From Takakia lepidozioides (lineage: Eukaryota > Plantae > Bryophyta): a DNA stretch of 64,000 nt. Shown here one piece after another: positions 62,931-64,000 of this stretch; within the stretch, counting starts at the first letter, position 1, and every line of letters begins with the position of its first letter. Below the pieces are notes generated by a model, which worked only from the letters and a program-made list of their open reading frames with translations, was not told where the DNA came from and did not search any database. The DNA is taken from the NCBI GenBank assembly GCA_030704615.1, contig CM060731.1, positions 2,294,001-2,358,000 on the forward strand. The letters run 5' to 3'. The translations under genes were made by a program, and so were the position numbers.

Positions 62931-64000
62931 ACAGTTGGAAAATAGGTTGGAAGCGTGGAGGGAACAGATGACTGCCAATATCACATATGAGGGTCGGATC
63001 TCCAGTTATTGTTTGGGTGAATTATGAGTGATATTTTAAGTAATCGCCGTTATGTGTTGAGCGCATGGTTTGTGGGACTTCTGGAGGGGCGCAGCATGTG
63101 GCAAGGACGCTTTTGGTCATTTCTTTCATAATTTTGGTGAGCGTAAGTTCGGCTTGCATGCAAGTGTCTTCTGGGGATGTTGTTAGGTTTGTGTGAGACA
63201 AAATATTGGAGAGTTGTATTGTGAGGGGTGTGGCTGTTGGGTGGAAGAGGCGGAGAAAGGCGTCTAAGTTACGTTGAGGTAGCGGGGATAGTATCCGGGA
63301 TTGTAGGGGTGGTGTGTGAATAGATGGGATGGGTCTGAATGGAATAAGGGATGGGGGGAAGGTGGCAGAGACAGGGTAGTGGTCAGAGTTACAAATAATG
63401 TCTATGTGAATATGGCTGTTCAGGTGTTGTGGTAGTGTGTTTTTGGTCTTAAGGTAGAAGCCATCCAGGAGGCTTCAGGAGGAGTAGTTAAGTCCGCCTT
63501 GTCTGGAGTAGTGATAGTCGGCGGGTATATATTGGAATTGGTGTTGTTGTATGAACTTTTCCCAGTCATAGTCAAGTGGTGACGGGGCTTTGTGTGTGCC
63601 GTTGTAGGTATGTCCTAGTAAGGCTATGTCTCTATTAAAGTCTCCGGCTAAGATGAAGTTGTGGTGTTGCGCTGTTGGTTGGGTGACAGTATCTGAGATT
63701 GTACGTAGGATGTCTGGAAGCAGCGGAAGATCATCTATATGTGACGGCATGTATAGATGTAGGAGGGTGATGGGGGGGGAGAGCAGGCAAGTTTATTTGT
63801 ACGATTTGAAGGTGTGATCGTAGGGGGATAGGAATAAGTAGTTTGGTGGTGGTGCTGGAGGAGTGATGTGTGCGGAGGATGCCTAGCGCGACGCCACCGT
63901 GGGAGGGGTAGTAAGGGGCAGAGCGCCGAGATAGGCATTGTGTGGCGGTTAGGGGGTTACCATATAGCATATGATATGTTGGGAGAAGTTTGTTTAAGTA
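62930..64000 (-). pseudogene. LINE APE endonuclease fragment
   Basis: GGVALGI, IYMP(S), ILAGDFN, LDGFY and SDHYPV motifs across frameshifted frames. Confidence 0.75.

Overview
Repeat-rich plant nuclear DNA, probably from a non-seed plant (inferred from the TE lineages and gene content). It holds one clear host gene, an intronless starch synthase I at 45954-47861, among nested transposons. The main object is a 29.8-kb Mutator-like element (4686-34451) with 20-bp imperfect TIRs and a 9-bp TSD (CACTAATCT). It carries four things: (i) a decayed GCM-like + MULE + SWIM transposase; (ii) a divergently oriented, spliced gene fusing a ParB/Srx-like domain to a beta-class N4/N6 DNA methyltransferase-like domain; (iii) a head-to-head pair of unknown paralogs; (iv) arrays of a 22-bp palindrome (GGAAATGCGGYRCCGCATTTCC), including about 31 copies at a 53-bp period between the two main genes and single copies in three introns of the methyltransferase-like gene. 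Nested in it are a solo LTR and an aberrant Ty3/Gypsy insertion with three LTRs, inverted outer ends, an internal 6.6-kb inversion and a 37-nt copy of its tRNA primer. Further right are two related TTAA-flanked piggyBac-like non-autonomous elements (one split by a full-length L1-like LINE), CACTA remnants, a second Gypsy and LINE fragments. All family assignments come from motif recognition by eye; no database searches were run.
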